Positions 29,041-37,606 of a DNA stretch of 64,000 bases are shown here, one piece after another; within the stretch, counting starts at the first letter, position 1; every line of letters starts with the position of its first letter. The DNA comes from Patescibacteria group bacterium. Lineage in GTDB: Bacteria; Patescibacteriota; Patescibacteriia; Patescibacteriales; JBAZCA01. The stretch covers positions 12,201 to 76,200 of the forward strand of contig JBAZUF010000002.1 in NCBI GenBank assembly GCA_041661505.1, in the 5' to 3' direction. The translations under genes and the position numbers were made by a program. The notes beneath the pieces were generated by a model that did not search any database, was not told where the DNA came from, and saw only the letters and a program-made list of their open reading frames with translations.

Positions 29041-29107
29041 GACTGCTTTAGGCACGAACTAATCATGCGCAAAGCAGTCGGCCCCTTTAAAAAAGCTAAA
29101 GAGGCCG
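29041..29107 (-). terminator. Two adjacent hairpins between pilin paralogs 2 and 3 (candidate partial terminator/attenuator)
   Basis: gactgcttt...aaagcagtc forms a 9-bp stem. cggcccctttA...Taaagaggccg forms 10 bp with one mismatch. On the minus strand the second hairpin is followed by TTTAGCCAAAATTTTTT. Confidence 0.3.
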
Positions 29108-29113
29108 TTTTAC

Positions 29114-29494
29114 CTAGGTAACGTTCCAAATCGTTTGAATAACCCAGTAAGTAATTCCCCAGGCCGCTAAAATAATAACCAAGCCGATTATTCCGGCCTG
29201 AATTAATTTTCGCGCTTCGGCGACTTTATCGTCGTTCCCTTGGGCGGTCATCCATTTGAATCCGCCGATCAAGATAATAATAACGGCGATAATCCCTAAG
29301 AATCCCAAGGCCACCTGGACTAGATTAACAATGATATCTTTCGGACCGGTGTTGCCCAGACCAATTTGTTCGCCAGTATTTAACCCAAAAAGAGTATTAG
29401 CTTCTGTCGCTGCTAAGGCCGGCATAGCCGCTAAAGAAAGAACCGGTAGCATTAAAAATACAATCATCAATAGTTTTACTAAATTTTTTTTCAT
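29114..29494 (-). CDS. TrbC/VirB2-like small membrane protein, paralog 2 of 6
   Basis: 126 aa with a signal peptide (..MPALA|AT). Core: IGGFKWMTAQGNDDKVAEARKLIQAGIIGLVIILAAW. It has the strongest SD of the array (AAGGAAGGGGGTGA, 29499-29512 on the minus strand). Confidence 0.75.
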   Translation of the reverse strand: MKKNLVKLLMIVFLMLPVLSLAAMPALAATEANTLFGLNTGEQIGLGNTGPKDIIVNLVQVALGFLGIIAVIIILIGGFKWMTAQGNDDKVAEARKLIQAGIIGLVIILAAWGITYWVIQTIWNVT

Positions 29495-29580
29495 AATTCA
29501 CCCCCTTCCTTGATAAAGAGAAGATAATAGGAATCTCTTTGTTAATAAATTAATAAATTTAACCTTTAACATGAACGTCA

Positions 29581-29961
29581 TTATGTAAGAACTTCGGTGT
29601 TTAAGGTGGTAATTACCCAGGAAGTAATTCCGTAAGCCGCTAAAATTATTACCAGGCCGATAATGCCGTTAACTATATATTTTCTTCCGGTCGTAACTTT
29701 TTCATCATTGCCGCCAGCCGTCATCCAATAAAACCCGCCGACTATGATGATTATTACCGCTATCAGCCCAAGAAACCCCAAGGCCACCTGGATAACATTA
29801 ACGATCAGGTTCTTCGGGTTGGTGTTTTGAAGTCCAAGGTTCCCGGCGTATTCAAGGCCGAAATTAGTTGTCGTCGCCGCGGCCGGCCCGACCGGCAACA
29901 AGGTGACGGCCAGAAGCATCACAAAAAGGGCGATGCTTATTTTCTTAGTCCATTTGCTCAT
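29581..29961 (-). CDS. TrbC/VirB2-like small membrane protein, paralog 1 of 6
   Basis: 126 aa with a signal peptide (..GPAAA|TT). Core: VGGFYWMTAGGNDEKVTTGRKYIVNGIIGLVIILAAY. It is the closest relative of paralog 2. Confidence 0.75.
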   Translation of the reverse strand: MSKWTKKISIALFVMLLAVTLLPVGPAAATTTNFGLEYAGNLGLQNTNPKNLIVNVIQVALGFLGLIAVIIIIVGGFYWMTAGGNDEKVTTGRKYIVNGIIGLVIILAAYGITSWVITTLNTEVLT

Positions 29962-30123
29962 AATTTTTAGCTCTTTTTAGAGTATATAAATAATATTTAA
30001 GCCGCTTATGTTCGGTTTTAGTTTCCTTTGGTAAATTTTACCATTCCCTCTTCTATATTGCAATGCGCCCATCTATGCTACAATAAAAATTAATTCCGGC
30101 TCTCGCTTATTCGTTAAAATTTC

Positions 30124-31749
30124 ATGCCGTCAGCCTCAAAAAAAATAAGCCAGCTATTTTCCTTTAAAAATGTTTTCTGGGCGCTTTTTTATATCTTTCT
30201 TTTCTGCCTTCTTCTTAACAATTCTTTTTCCTACCTTGACCCTGATTTGGGATGGCACTTAAAAGTCGGTAAAGATATCATCCGCGACGGGCACGTCCCG
30301 CATCTCAACTATTACAATTATACCCTAGAAGGAAAAACTTGGGTAGACCATGAATGGCTATTAAACGTAGCGGCTTATTGGATTTATCATAATTTATCTA
30401 ATATTGGCTTAAATTTATTCTTTGCCCTTTTAGCAGTCTTAACCTTATTTATCGTCCATAGATCGATAAAAGACGAAGCGGGCGACCAATCAGGCTATGT
30501 CCTCCTGACCGTTCTTTTTTTAACTATGGGAGTAATCGCCATGTCCCCCCACCTTGGCGTCCGGATGCAGGAGATCGGGATTTTGTGCTTGGCGCTTTTA
30601 TATTCCATACTTTCCAATTTTGAGAAGAAAAGGAATTATCGGATATTATTTTGGCTAATCCCTTTATTTTATTTCTGGGCTTCCTCTCACGCCAGCTTTT
30701 TGATAGGGCTTTTCCTTCTAGTATTCTGGCTGGGAATAAAAATTTTTGAAAAATTTTTGGCAGCCTATTTTAAGGATTCGAAGGCGGTTGTCCCGTTCGA
30801 GCTTGGATCGCCTTTAACCAAAAATCAAATTTTTATTTTTTCGGGAATAATAGTTCTAAACGCTTTGGCGACTATGGTTACCGCCTACGGCCTCGAACTT
30901 TATGAATTTTTAAAAGGCTATAGCGATACTTTTTACATGACCCATATTACCGAATGGCTTCCTTCCTGGTATTTGCCTTTGGCCTATTGGCAAATTGTTT
31001 TTTTATCTTTTTCCTTAGCCGGCATTATCTTATTTTTTATCGACAAAAATAACCGGAAAAAGAAAATCAGCCTTTGGGAGCTTTCCCTTCTTGTTTTTTT
31101 CATGATCCTTTCCTTTAAATCCAAAAGGCATTTCCCAATATTTTTTATCAGCGCCTTTCCTTTGGTTATAAAAAATTACGGCAAAATTTTCGATTTAAAC
31201 GGGAAGGACGACTTTTTTAATTTCAGTTCAAAGATTGCCCGCCCCTTCTTAATATTTACTTTTATCCTCATCTGCCTAAGCCTTCTTTTAAGGACCAACT
31301 TTACCTTGGACCCTTTTAAAAAATTCTCCGGCGACTATCCTTACGCGGCGGTCAATTTTCTAAAAAGCCATCCCCAGTACGACAGCCTGAATATTTTTAA
31401 TGACTATGCCTGGGGCGGATATTTAATCTGGGCCTATCCCCAAAGAAAAATATTCATCGACGGCCGCCTGCCCCAATACCCCGTTAACGGCCATAGTTTT
31501 TTGGAGGAGGATTTGAAATTCTACTCGAAAAAGAACCTTCCCGGGATGCTTGACCAATATAATATCCGGCTGGTTTTGATCCGTCCGAAGGAAAATGAAT
31601 ATAAATTTAATTATTGGGAAAAGAAATTTTTTTCCATCAAAGAAGATGGCGAAGGCGGAAAAAATGAGCTCTTGGAGTTTCTAAAAAGTTCAAAAAACTG
31701 GAAGCAAATTTATGATGACAGCGTGGCGGCGATTTTTGTCAGGCAATAA
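30124..31749 (+). CDS. Large polytopic membrane protein, putative GT-C-fold glycosyltransferase
   Basis: 541 aa with about 11-13 TM segments and a C-terminal soluble domain. The first extracytoplasmic loop carries an acidic motif (YLDPDLGWHLKVG...DHEWL). It is divergent from the pilin array and upstream of a polyprenyl-phosphate-sugar synthase. Confidence 0.45.
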   Translation: MPSASKKISQLFSFKNVFWALFYIFLFCLLLNNSFSYLDPDLGWHLKVGKDIIRDGHVPHLNYYNYTLEGKTWVDHEWLLNVAAYWIYHNLSNIGLNLFFALLAVLTLFIVHRSIKDEAGDQSGYVLLTVLFLTMGVIAMSPHLGVRMQEIGILCLALLYSILSNFEKKRNYRILFWLIPLFYFWASSHASFLIGLFLLVFWLGIKIFEKFLAAYFKDSKAVVPFELGSPLTKNQIFIFSGIIVLNALATMVTAYGLELYEFLKGYSDTFYMTHITEWLPSWYLPLAYWQIVFLSFSLAGIILFFIDKNNRKKKISLWELSLLVFFMILSFKSKRHFPIFFISAFPLVIKNYGKIFDLNGKDDFFNFSSKIARPFLIFTFILICLSLLLRTNFTLDPFKKFSGDYPYAAVNFLKSHPQYDSLNIFNDYAWGGYLIWAYPQRKIFIDGRLPQYPVNGHSFLEEDLKFYSKKNLPGMLDQYNIRLVLIRPKENEYKFNYWEKKFFSIKEDGEGGKNELLEFLKSSKNWKQIYDDSVAAIFVRQ

Positions 31750-33028
31750 ATATCCTTTGATAGCCTGCGGAATATTTAGCGAAATTACTTATTTATTTTT
31801 TTATTTTGTCTGGCCGCTAAAGGAACGGGTGGGAGAAAAAACCTTGGTAACTGCCAATGAATTTTTTTTTCATTACGCGATTTTACTGCTTCCTTTAAGC
31901 CTCTTGGTGTACATTTTTTCCTGGCTACAGATAGAAAAGGTCCAGCCGCCCGTAAAAATAATTTTTTTCTTCTTTTTCCTCTTTAATATAACTCTCTTGT
32001 TCGTGCCGCCCATCACCTCTAATGACATTTATTCTTATATTTATCAGGCGAGGGTTTTTTCCGTCCACCATGCCAATCCCTATTTGGCCAGTTACAGCCA
32101 ATTTAAAATGGACGATTTTTACCCCGTAATAAACAACCGCTGGTCATCCCATCTTTCTCCCTACGGCCCGCTATTTATTTATTTGACCGGCCTTCTAACG
32201 ATAATCTTTAAACACAGCCTTCTTCTGACTTTACTATCCTTCAAAATTTTCTTTGTCGCCGCCAACGCCCTTACTTTTTGGCTTATGCATAAAATTTTTA
32301 AAGACAAAACCGCCCTGCTCCTTTACGGCTGGAACCCTTTAATCCTTTTTGAAATTTCGCTAAACGGCCATAACGATATTATAATAATCTTCCTCCTCAT
32401 GGCGGCCTTAGCGGCTTTTCATTTATCCCGGACAAAACATTTTCTTTCCTGGGCGGCGATATTACTTTCCTTTTTTGTTAAAATCACCAGCCTTATATTT
32501 TCTCCCTTTATTTTATTAGGGCTTTTGTCCCGCGTTAAAGGGGCTAAAAAAAGAATTTTCTTTTTCCTTTTAATCGGCGCTTTTTCCTTATTTATAATGT
32601 TTCTTTTTTACTTTCCTTTCTGGGAAGGAGAAATGATCCTTATCCACCCTTTCTATCGGATTTCCCAATTTGAATCTATTCTTTTAGTTTCTCCGTTAAT
32701 CTCCATGTTCAGCACATTGGGATTCTGCGGCACTTCTGCGGCCATAACCTTAAGCCGGATAATATTTATCGCCGCCTACTTAATATTAATAATTAAATTC
32801 GCCCTCACTAAAGAAAAAAGCCTGGAAAAAATTATAGGCTATTCCCTAATTACCTTCCTCTTTTTCTTACTGACTTTCTTTAACTGGCTCATGCCCTGGT
32901 ATTTTACGATTTTAATTTTCTTCGCCGCCGCGTATGCTCCATATAGCCGGAAAAATAGCTTTGCCGGCGGCGTTCTGATTATGATCACCACCTTTATCGG
33001 AATAAGCTATTATTTATTTTTAAGATAG
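31712..33028 (+). CDS. Polytopic membrane protein, GT87/DUF2029-like putative polyprenyl-phosphate-mannose-dependent glycosyltransferase
   Basis: 438 aa, hydrophobic throughout. The first loop carries PPITSNDIYSYIYQARVF, which resembles the S-x-D-x-Y-x-Y acidic loop of GT-C mannosyltransferases (recalled from memory). It overlaps the upstream gene by 38 nt. Confidence 0.45.
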   Translation: MMTAWRRFLSGNKYPLIACGIFSEITYLFFYFVWPLKERVGEKTLVTANEFFFHYAILLLPLSLLVYIFSWLQIEKVQPPVKIIFFFFFLFNITLLFVPPITSNDIYSYIYQARVFSVHHANPYLASYSQFKMDDFYPVINNRWSSHLSPYGPLFIYLTGLLTIIFKHSLLLTLLSFKIFFVAANALTFWLMHKIFKDKTALLLYGWNPLILFEISLNGHNDIIIIFLLMAALAAFHLSRTKHFLSWAAILLSFFVKITSLIFSPFILLGLLSRVKGAKKRIFFFLLIGAFSLFIMFLFYFPFWEGEMILIHPFYRISQFESILLVSPLISMFSTLGFCGTSAAITLSRIIFIAAYLILIIKFALTKEKSLEKIIGYSLITFLFFLLTFFNWLMPWYFTILIFFAAAYAPYSRKNSFAGGVLIMITTFIGISYYLFLR

Positions 33029-33037
33029 CCGGCCAAC

Positions 33038-33742
33038 ATGCCTATATTTATCATTATTCCCACCTATAACGAAAAGGATAATATTTCACAATTAATCCCC
33101 TTGCTTTTTCAGTTGATCGAAGACGCAAATATTTTAGTAGTTGATGATAATTCTCCGGACGGGACCGGCCGCCTAGTAAAAAACCTGGCCTCGCGCTATC
33201 CGCAAGTCTCTTTACTTCACCGCGAAAAAAAACAAGGTCTGGGCAGGGCTTATCTCGCGGGCTTTAAGAACATTCTTTCGAATCACCCTGAAGCCCGAAA
33301 AATCATCATGATGGACGCGGATTTTTCCCATGATCCGAAATTCTTGCCGGCTATGATTAAGGAAAGCAAAAAATACGATGTGGTTATAGGCTCAAGATAT
33401 ATTCCGGGCGGCGGAGTGGAAGGCTGGGAGCCTTGGAGGAGGTTCCTAAGCTGTTCCGGCAATATTTATTGCCGCCTGATTTGCCGACTGCCCATCCGCG
33501 ATTTTACCGCCGGATTTTATGTCATTAACGCAAAAAAATTAGGGCAAATCGACCTTAGCAAAATCAGTTCGTCAGGCTATGCTTTCCAGATTGAATTGAA
33601 ATACGAGCTTTATAAAGCCAGCGCCAGTTTTAGAGAATTTCCCATTATATTTAAAAACCGGGTGAGCGGCGAGTCAAAAATATCCTGCCATATAATTCGG
33701 GAGGGATTGTTTGCTCCCTGGAGAGCAATTTTAAGGAAATAG
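33038..33742 (+). CDS. Polyprenol/dolichol-phosphate mannosyltransferase-like GT2 (Ppm1/Dpm1 type)
   Basis: 234 aa with the blocks IIIPTYNEKDNI, VVDDNSPDGTG, GLGRAYLAGF, MDADFSHDP and GSRYIPGGG. Confidence 0.85.
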   Translation: MPIFIIIPTYNEKDNISQLIPLLFQLIEDANILVVDDNSPDGTGRLVKNLASRYPQVSLLHREKKQGLGRAYLAGFKNILSNHPEARKIIMMDADFSHDPKFLPAMIKESKKYDVVIGSRYIPGGGVEGWEPWRRFLSCSGNIYCRLICRLPIRDFTAGFYVINAKKLGQIDLSKISSSGYAFQIELKYELYKASASFREFPIIFKNRVSGESKISCHIIREGLFAPWRAILRK

Positions 33743-33759
33743 CATTTCGGGCTAAAAAT

Positions 33760-34488
33760 ATGAAAGTTGAATTCTGCTTGCCAATATATAATGAAGAAAA
33801 GATTTTAAAAGAAAATATTAATCGTTTACTGCGATTTTGCCATAGTAAAAAATTTGATTTTGACTGGAAAATTGTAATCTTAAATAACGGATCCAGCGAT
33901 AAATCGGAGGAAATCTGCAGGGATTTAGTTTCTCCCAGGATTAAAATTGTCAATGAGCTAGCGAAAGGAAAAGGGAAGGCAATTAAAAATTACTGGAATA
34001 AAACCAGCGCGGATATCGTTTTATATATGGACATTGATTTGGCCGTCTCGCTGGACAATATTATTGATTTGGTTTTACCCGTCATTAACAAAGAAAGCGA
34101 CCTGGTTATCGGTTCAAGACTGCTCCGTGAATCAAAAATCGAACGCTCGCTCATCCGTGAATGCAGTTCTCAAACATACAATCTCCTTTCGCGTTTAACA
34201 TGCAAACATAAATTTTCCGATTTACAGTGCGGTTTCAAGGCGATACGGAGCGATATTTTTAAAAAAATCTATCCTTTTATGGAGGATGAAAAATGGTTTT
34301 TTGATACCGAACTGATTATCTTTGCTAACGTTTTGGGATATAGGATAAAAGAGATTCCCGTGGAGTGGTCGGAAAACCGCTACGATAATAGAAAGAGTAA
34401 GATAAACCTGGCAAGGGATACATTTAAATTCGTAATCAACCTCATCAAGTTAAAGAAGCGAATCAGACAGCTGAAAAAAAATAACTAA
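33760..34488 (+). CDS. Family 2 glycosyltransferase (polyprenyl-phosphate glycosyltransferase-like)
   Basis: 242 aa with the blocks LPIYNEEKIL, ILNNGSSDKS, GKGKAIKNYW, MDIDLAVSL and GSRLL. Confidence 0.8.
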   Translation: MKVEFCLPIYNEEKILKENINRLLRFCHSKKFDFDWKIVILNNGSSDKSEEICRDLVSPRIKIVNELAKGKGKAIKNYWNKTSADIVLYMDIDLAVSLDNIIDLVLPVINKESDLVIGSRLLRESKIERSLIRECSSQTYNLLSRLTCKHKFSDLQCGFKAIRSDIFKKIYPFMEDEKWFFDTELIIFANVLGYRIKEIPVEWSENRYDNRKSKINLARDTFKFVINLIKLKKRIRQLKKNN

Positions 34489-34507
34489 GTTTTCATAGAA
34501 CAAATTT

Positions 34508-35251
34508 ATGGATCTAAAGGATTATATTCCTCTAAAAGGCAGTGACAGTAATTTTTGGTACCGGGCGAAGCTGAATCTTATCTCCTTTCTTTTAAGAAAT
34601 ATCGACAATAAATCCGGAAATGCAAAAATTCTTGATCTTGGCTGCGGGACTGGATTCGAGATCGATGAACTTCTTCGTTTCGGCGATGTTTCTGCCCTGG
34701 ATATAAGTAAAGAAGCCCTGGATCGGATAGAAGCCCGTCCCGGCTTAACCCTTTTATGCGCCGACATAGAAAAACATTGCCTGGAAAAAGACAAGTATGA
34801 CTGCGTGTGTTGCTTCGATCTATTGGAACACTTAAAAGAAGATGGGCAGGCGCTGAAAAATATTTTTAATTCTTTAAAAAAGGGCGGTTTTCTCGTTTTT
34901 ACGGTTCCGGCTTTTCCCTCCCTCTATAGCTCTCATGATCTCGCCCTGGGACATTACCGGCGTTATAGCCGAAAAGAAATACGCGGCAAAGTTAAAGCGG
35001 CTGGTTTTACTATAAATAAGACTGGATACTGGAATTTTATATTTTTTATTTTTGAAGCGGCGGTTAGAATACTAAAAAATTTATTTCTTGTAAGGCTATT
35101 AGGGAAAAAGAAATTCAATTCCGACATGGCTAGCTACCCGAAGGTTATTAACTCCTTCCTTTTTTCAATTTTAAACCTTGAAGTTGTTCTTATACGGAAT
35201 AAATTTACCTTTCCTTTTGGATTAACTATTTACGGCATAGCTAAAAAATAA
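34508..35251 (+). CDS. Class I SAM-dependent methyltransferase with a C-terminal hydrophobic region
   Basis: 247 aa with motif I (ILDLGCGTGFE), CFDLLEHL and GGFLVFTVP, plus two C-terminal hydrophobic segments. Confidence 0.8.
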   Translation: MDLKDYIPLKGSDSNFWYRAKLNLISFLLRNIDNKSGNAKILDLGCGTGFEIDELLRFGDVSALDISKEALDRIEARPGLTLLCADIEKHCLEKDKYDCVCCFDLLEHLKEDGQALKNIFNSLKKGGFLVFTVPAFPSLYSSHDLALGHYRRYSRKEIRGKVKAAGFTINKTGYWNFIFFIFEAAVRILKNLFLVRLLGKKKFNSDMASYPKVINSFLFSILNLEVVLIRNKFTFPFGLTIYGIAKK

Positions 35252-35297
35252 TAATGCGGCCCGTAGGCGGATGATTGTATAAAAATAAGGTGCCAAT

Positions 35298-35930
35298 ATG
35301 AGCGCTACAAATAGAAATATAAAAAAATATTATTCGCGTATAGAAGATTATGACTGGACAAAAGCCGCGGATAAATTTATAGGCCCGGAAACTTTTTTCC
35401 ATCGCTTCCGCGAAAAAGAAATCGTGCGGCTATTAAAAAAATATGGCAAACGAGGCTTTCTTGACCTAGGTTGCGGCACCGGCCTAATTTTACGCCATCT
35501 TCCTTCTGGGTCAGTCGGCGTTGACATAAATCCGCGCAATCTGGAAAAAACCAAAAAATACGCCCCTCGGGCAAAATTAGTTCTCCATGATATCGAAGAA
35601 AGGCTGCCTTTTGATAACGAAGAATTCAACACGGTAATTTGCTGTGAAACGCTTGAGCATCTTTTATTCCCTGAAAAAGTTCTGGACGAAATTAGCAGGA
35701 TTTTAAGTAAAGACGGGGTTTTAGTTGGTTCGGTACCGGGCAAATCAATCCTATGGAAGCTAAGGAAAATTTCTTTTTCCAGCAAATACTTCGCTGAAGA
35801 GCCTTACCACAAGCATAGAAATAAAAAAGAGGTTGAGGATCTTTTATCTCCCTGCTTTCGATTAATATCGTTCTATTCAAAGCCATTTCGAATGAATTGG
35901 TATTTTGTTGCAAAAAGGATTAATAATTAA
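35298..35930 (+). CDS. Class I SAM-dependent methyltransferase
   Basis: 210 aa with motif I (FLDLGCGTGLI), CCETLEHL and DGVLVGSVP. Confidence 0.8.
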   Translation: MSATNRNIKKYYSRIEDYDWTKAADKFIGPETFFHRFREKEIVRLLKKYGKRGFLDLGCGTGLILRHLPSGSVGVDINPRNLEKTKKYAPRAKLVLHDIEERLPFDNEEFNTVICCETLEHLLFPEKVLDEISRILSKDGVLVGSVPGKSILWKLRKISFSSKYFAEEPYHKHRNKKEVEDLLSPCFRLISFYSKPFRMNWYFVAKRINN

Positions 35931-35998
35931 CTGCCTTGAGTTTTGAATAAATAACTGCTAATATTAATCATAATATTAATCATTGTTATAACATCATC

Positions 35999-36994
35999 AT
36001 GAGCAGTTCGAAAAAGACTCTTTTTTCCGGAATCCAGCCGTCCGGCAGTCTGCATATCGGCAATTATATCGGCGCGATCTCCCAGTTTATTGAAATGCAG
36101 AAAAACTATAACTGCATTTTTTGCGTGGTGGATTACCACGCAATAACTGTTCGCCAGGATCCGGAAGAGTTAAACAAGCGCATTGTAGAGATTGCCAAGG
36201 TCTATATGGCTTCAGGCATTGATCCGAATAAATCAGTGATTTTTAAGCAATCAGACGTAGCTGAACATACGGAGCTGGCGTGGATATTAAATTGCGCCGC
36301 CGCCCGGATGTCGGATATGAATAAAATGACCCAGTTTAAGGACAAGGCCGGAAAGAAAGAAGAGTCAGTAAGCGTCGGGTTGTATGACTATCCGGTTTTA
36401 ATGGCCGCTGACATTTTACTATATGGCACGGACGTCGTGCCGGTCGGGAAAGACCAGTCCCAGCATCTTGAGCTGACCCGGACTCTAGCCCGGCGGTTTA
36501 ACCAAACTTACGGCGAAACTTTTAAAATTCCTGAATTGGTCTTAAGAAAAGAGGGGGCGTTGATAATGGGCTTGGATGATCCCGCGAAGAAAATGTCTAA
36601 AAGCGCGGCGAGCGAAATGAATTATATTGCTTTAAACGACGCGCCCGAAATAGCGAAGAAAAAAATCATGCGCGCGGTTACTGATTCGGGTTCGGAGGTT
36701 AAGCATGATATTGAAGAAAAACCGGCGATTTCCAATCTATTGGTTATTTATTCCTTACTGGCAGGCATGGACACAAAAGATATTGAAAAGAAATACGCCG
36801 GCAAAGGCTACGGCGACTTTAAAAAAGACCTGGCGGAAATAGTAGTCCGGTTTTTAATGGATTTTCAAACTAAGTATAGCGCTATTTCTGATGCGGAAGT
36901 AAAAAAAGTTTTAGAAGCTGGAGCAAAAAAATTAGCGCCGATCGCAAAAAGGAACATAGGGAAGGTGAAAAAAAATATTGGTGTTATTATATAA
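35999..36994 (+). CDS. trpS: Tryptophanyl-tRNA synthetase
   Basis: 331 aa with GIQPSGSLHIGNYIG (HIGH region), the KMSKS motif and GKDQSQHLELTR. Confidence 0.95.
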   Translation: MSSSKKTLFSGIQPSGSLHIGNYIGAISQFIEMQKNYNCIFCVVDYHAITVRQDPEELNKRIVEIAKVYMASGIDPNKSVIFKQSDVAEHTELAWILNCAAARMSDMNKMTQFKDKAGKKEESVSVGLYDYPVLMAADILLYGTDVVPVGKDQSQHLELTRTLARRFNQTYGETFKIPELVLRKEGALIMGLDDPAKKMSKSAASEMNYIALNDAPEIAKKKIMRAVTDSGSEVKHDIEEKPAISNLLVIYSLLAGMDTKDIEKKYAGKGYGDFKKDLAEIVVRFLMDFQTKYSAISDAEVKKVLEAGAKKLAPIAKRNIGKVKKNIGVII

Positions 36995-37019
36995 AAATTT
37001 CACTTATAAAATAGCCCGG

Positions 37020-37355
37020 TTAAAAGATGTACTTTAGCCGGGCTTTTATATCTTTGACTATTTCTTCGCTCAAATAGGATATCTTGTTCATAAGTCTTCT
37101 CTTATCTATTGTTTTTATCTGATATAGCAATATTACCGAATCTTTAGATAGCCTTGAGATATCCTTCGCAAGGTAAAAGGCGGCCAATTTATCTTTTGCC
37201 ACCAGATTAGAAGTTATGGGAGCTATAATTACCGTACTTAAATACTTATTAAGTATATTGTTTTGTAAAATTAAAACCGGTCTTAAGCCGGCTTGTTCAT
37301 GACCTCTCACAGGATTCAAATCAACAATAAAAATATCTCCTTGTTTTATTAACAT
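37020..37355 (-). CDS. mazF: Type II toxin, MazF/PemK family endoribonuclease
   Basis: 111 aa. The N-terminus GDIFIVDLNPVRGHEQAGLRPVLILQ...VIIAPITS is typical of the PemK/MazF fold. Confidence 0.85.
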   Translation of the reverse strand: MLIKQGDIFIVDLNPVRGHEQAGLRPVLILQNNILNKYLSTVIIAPITSNLVAKDKLAAFYLAKDISRLSKDSVILLYQIKTIDKRRLMNKISYLSEEIVKDIKARLKYIF

Positions 37356-37365
37356 ATATCAATTT

Positions 37366-37599
37366 TTAAACTTCATTCTGAATAACCAGCCAATCATCCT
37401 CCGAAGGCAAATCATCAAATTTCATTCGAGACAACGCTTTCGCGTCTCTCTTCAATTTCTCCTTGAGCCAGCACTCTACCGCCCACTTAATTATTGAACT
37501 CTGGGGAACGCTCTCCATCGACGATATGTTCCTTATTTCATCAACCAAGTAAGCCGGCAATATTGCCGAAATTCTTAAATTTTTTGAATATACACTCAT
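37366..37599 (-). CDS. Cognate antitoxin (ribbon-helix-helix-like)
   Basis: 77 aa, immediately upstream of mazF (10-nt gap). It has an RHH-like N-terminus (LRISAILPAYLVDEIRNIS...QSSIIKWAVECWL) and an acidic C-terminal tail. Confidence 0.7.
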   Translation of the reverse strand: MSVYSKNLRISAILPAYLVDEIRNISSMESVPQSSIIKWAVECWLKEKLKRDAKALSRMKFDDLPSEDDWLVIQNEV

Positions 37600-37606
37600 A
37601 TTTTTA

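Noticed and set aside
35931-35998. T-box leaders upstream of trpS, ileS, valS and proS
   Set aside because: Promoter-to-ATG distances read from the sequence are about 35-125 nt, too short for a T-box riboswitch of about 200 nt or more. No T-box consensus (AANNNGGGTGGTACCGCG-like) was seen.
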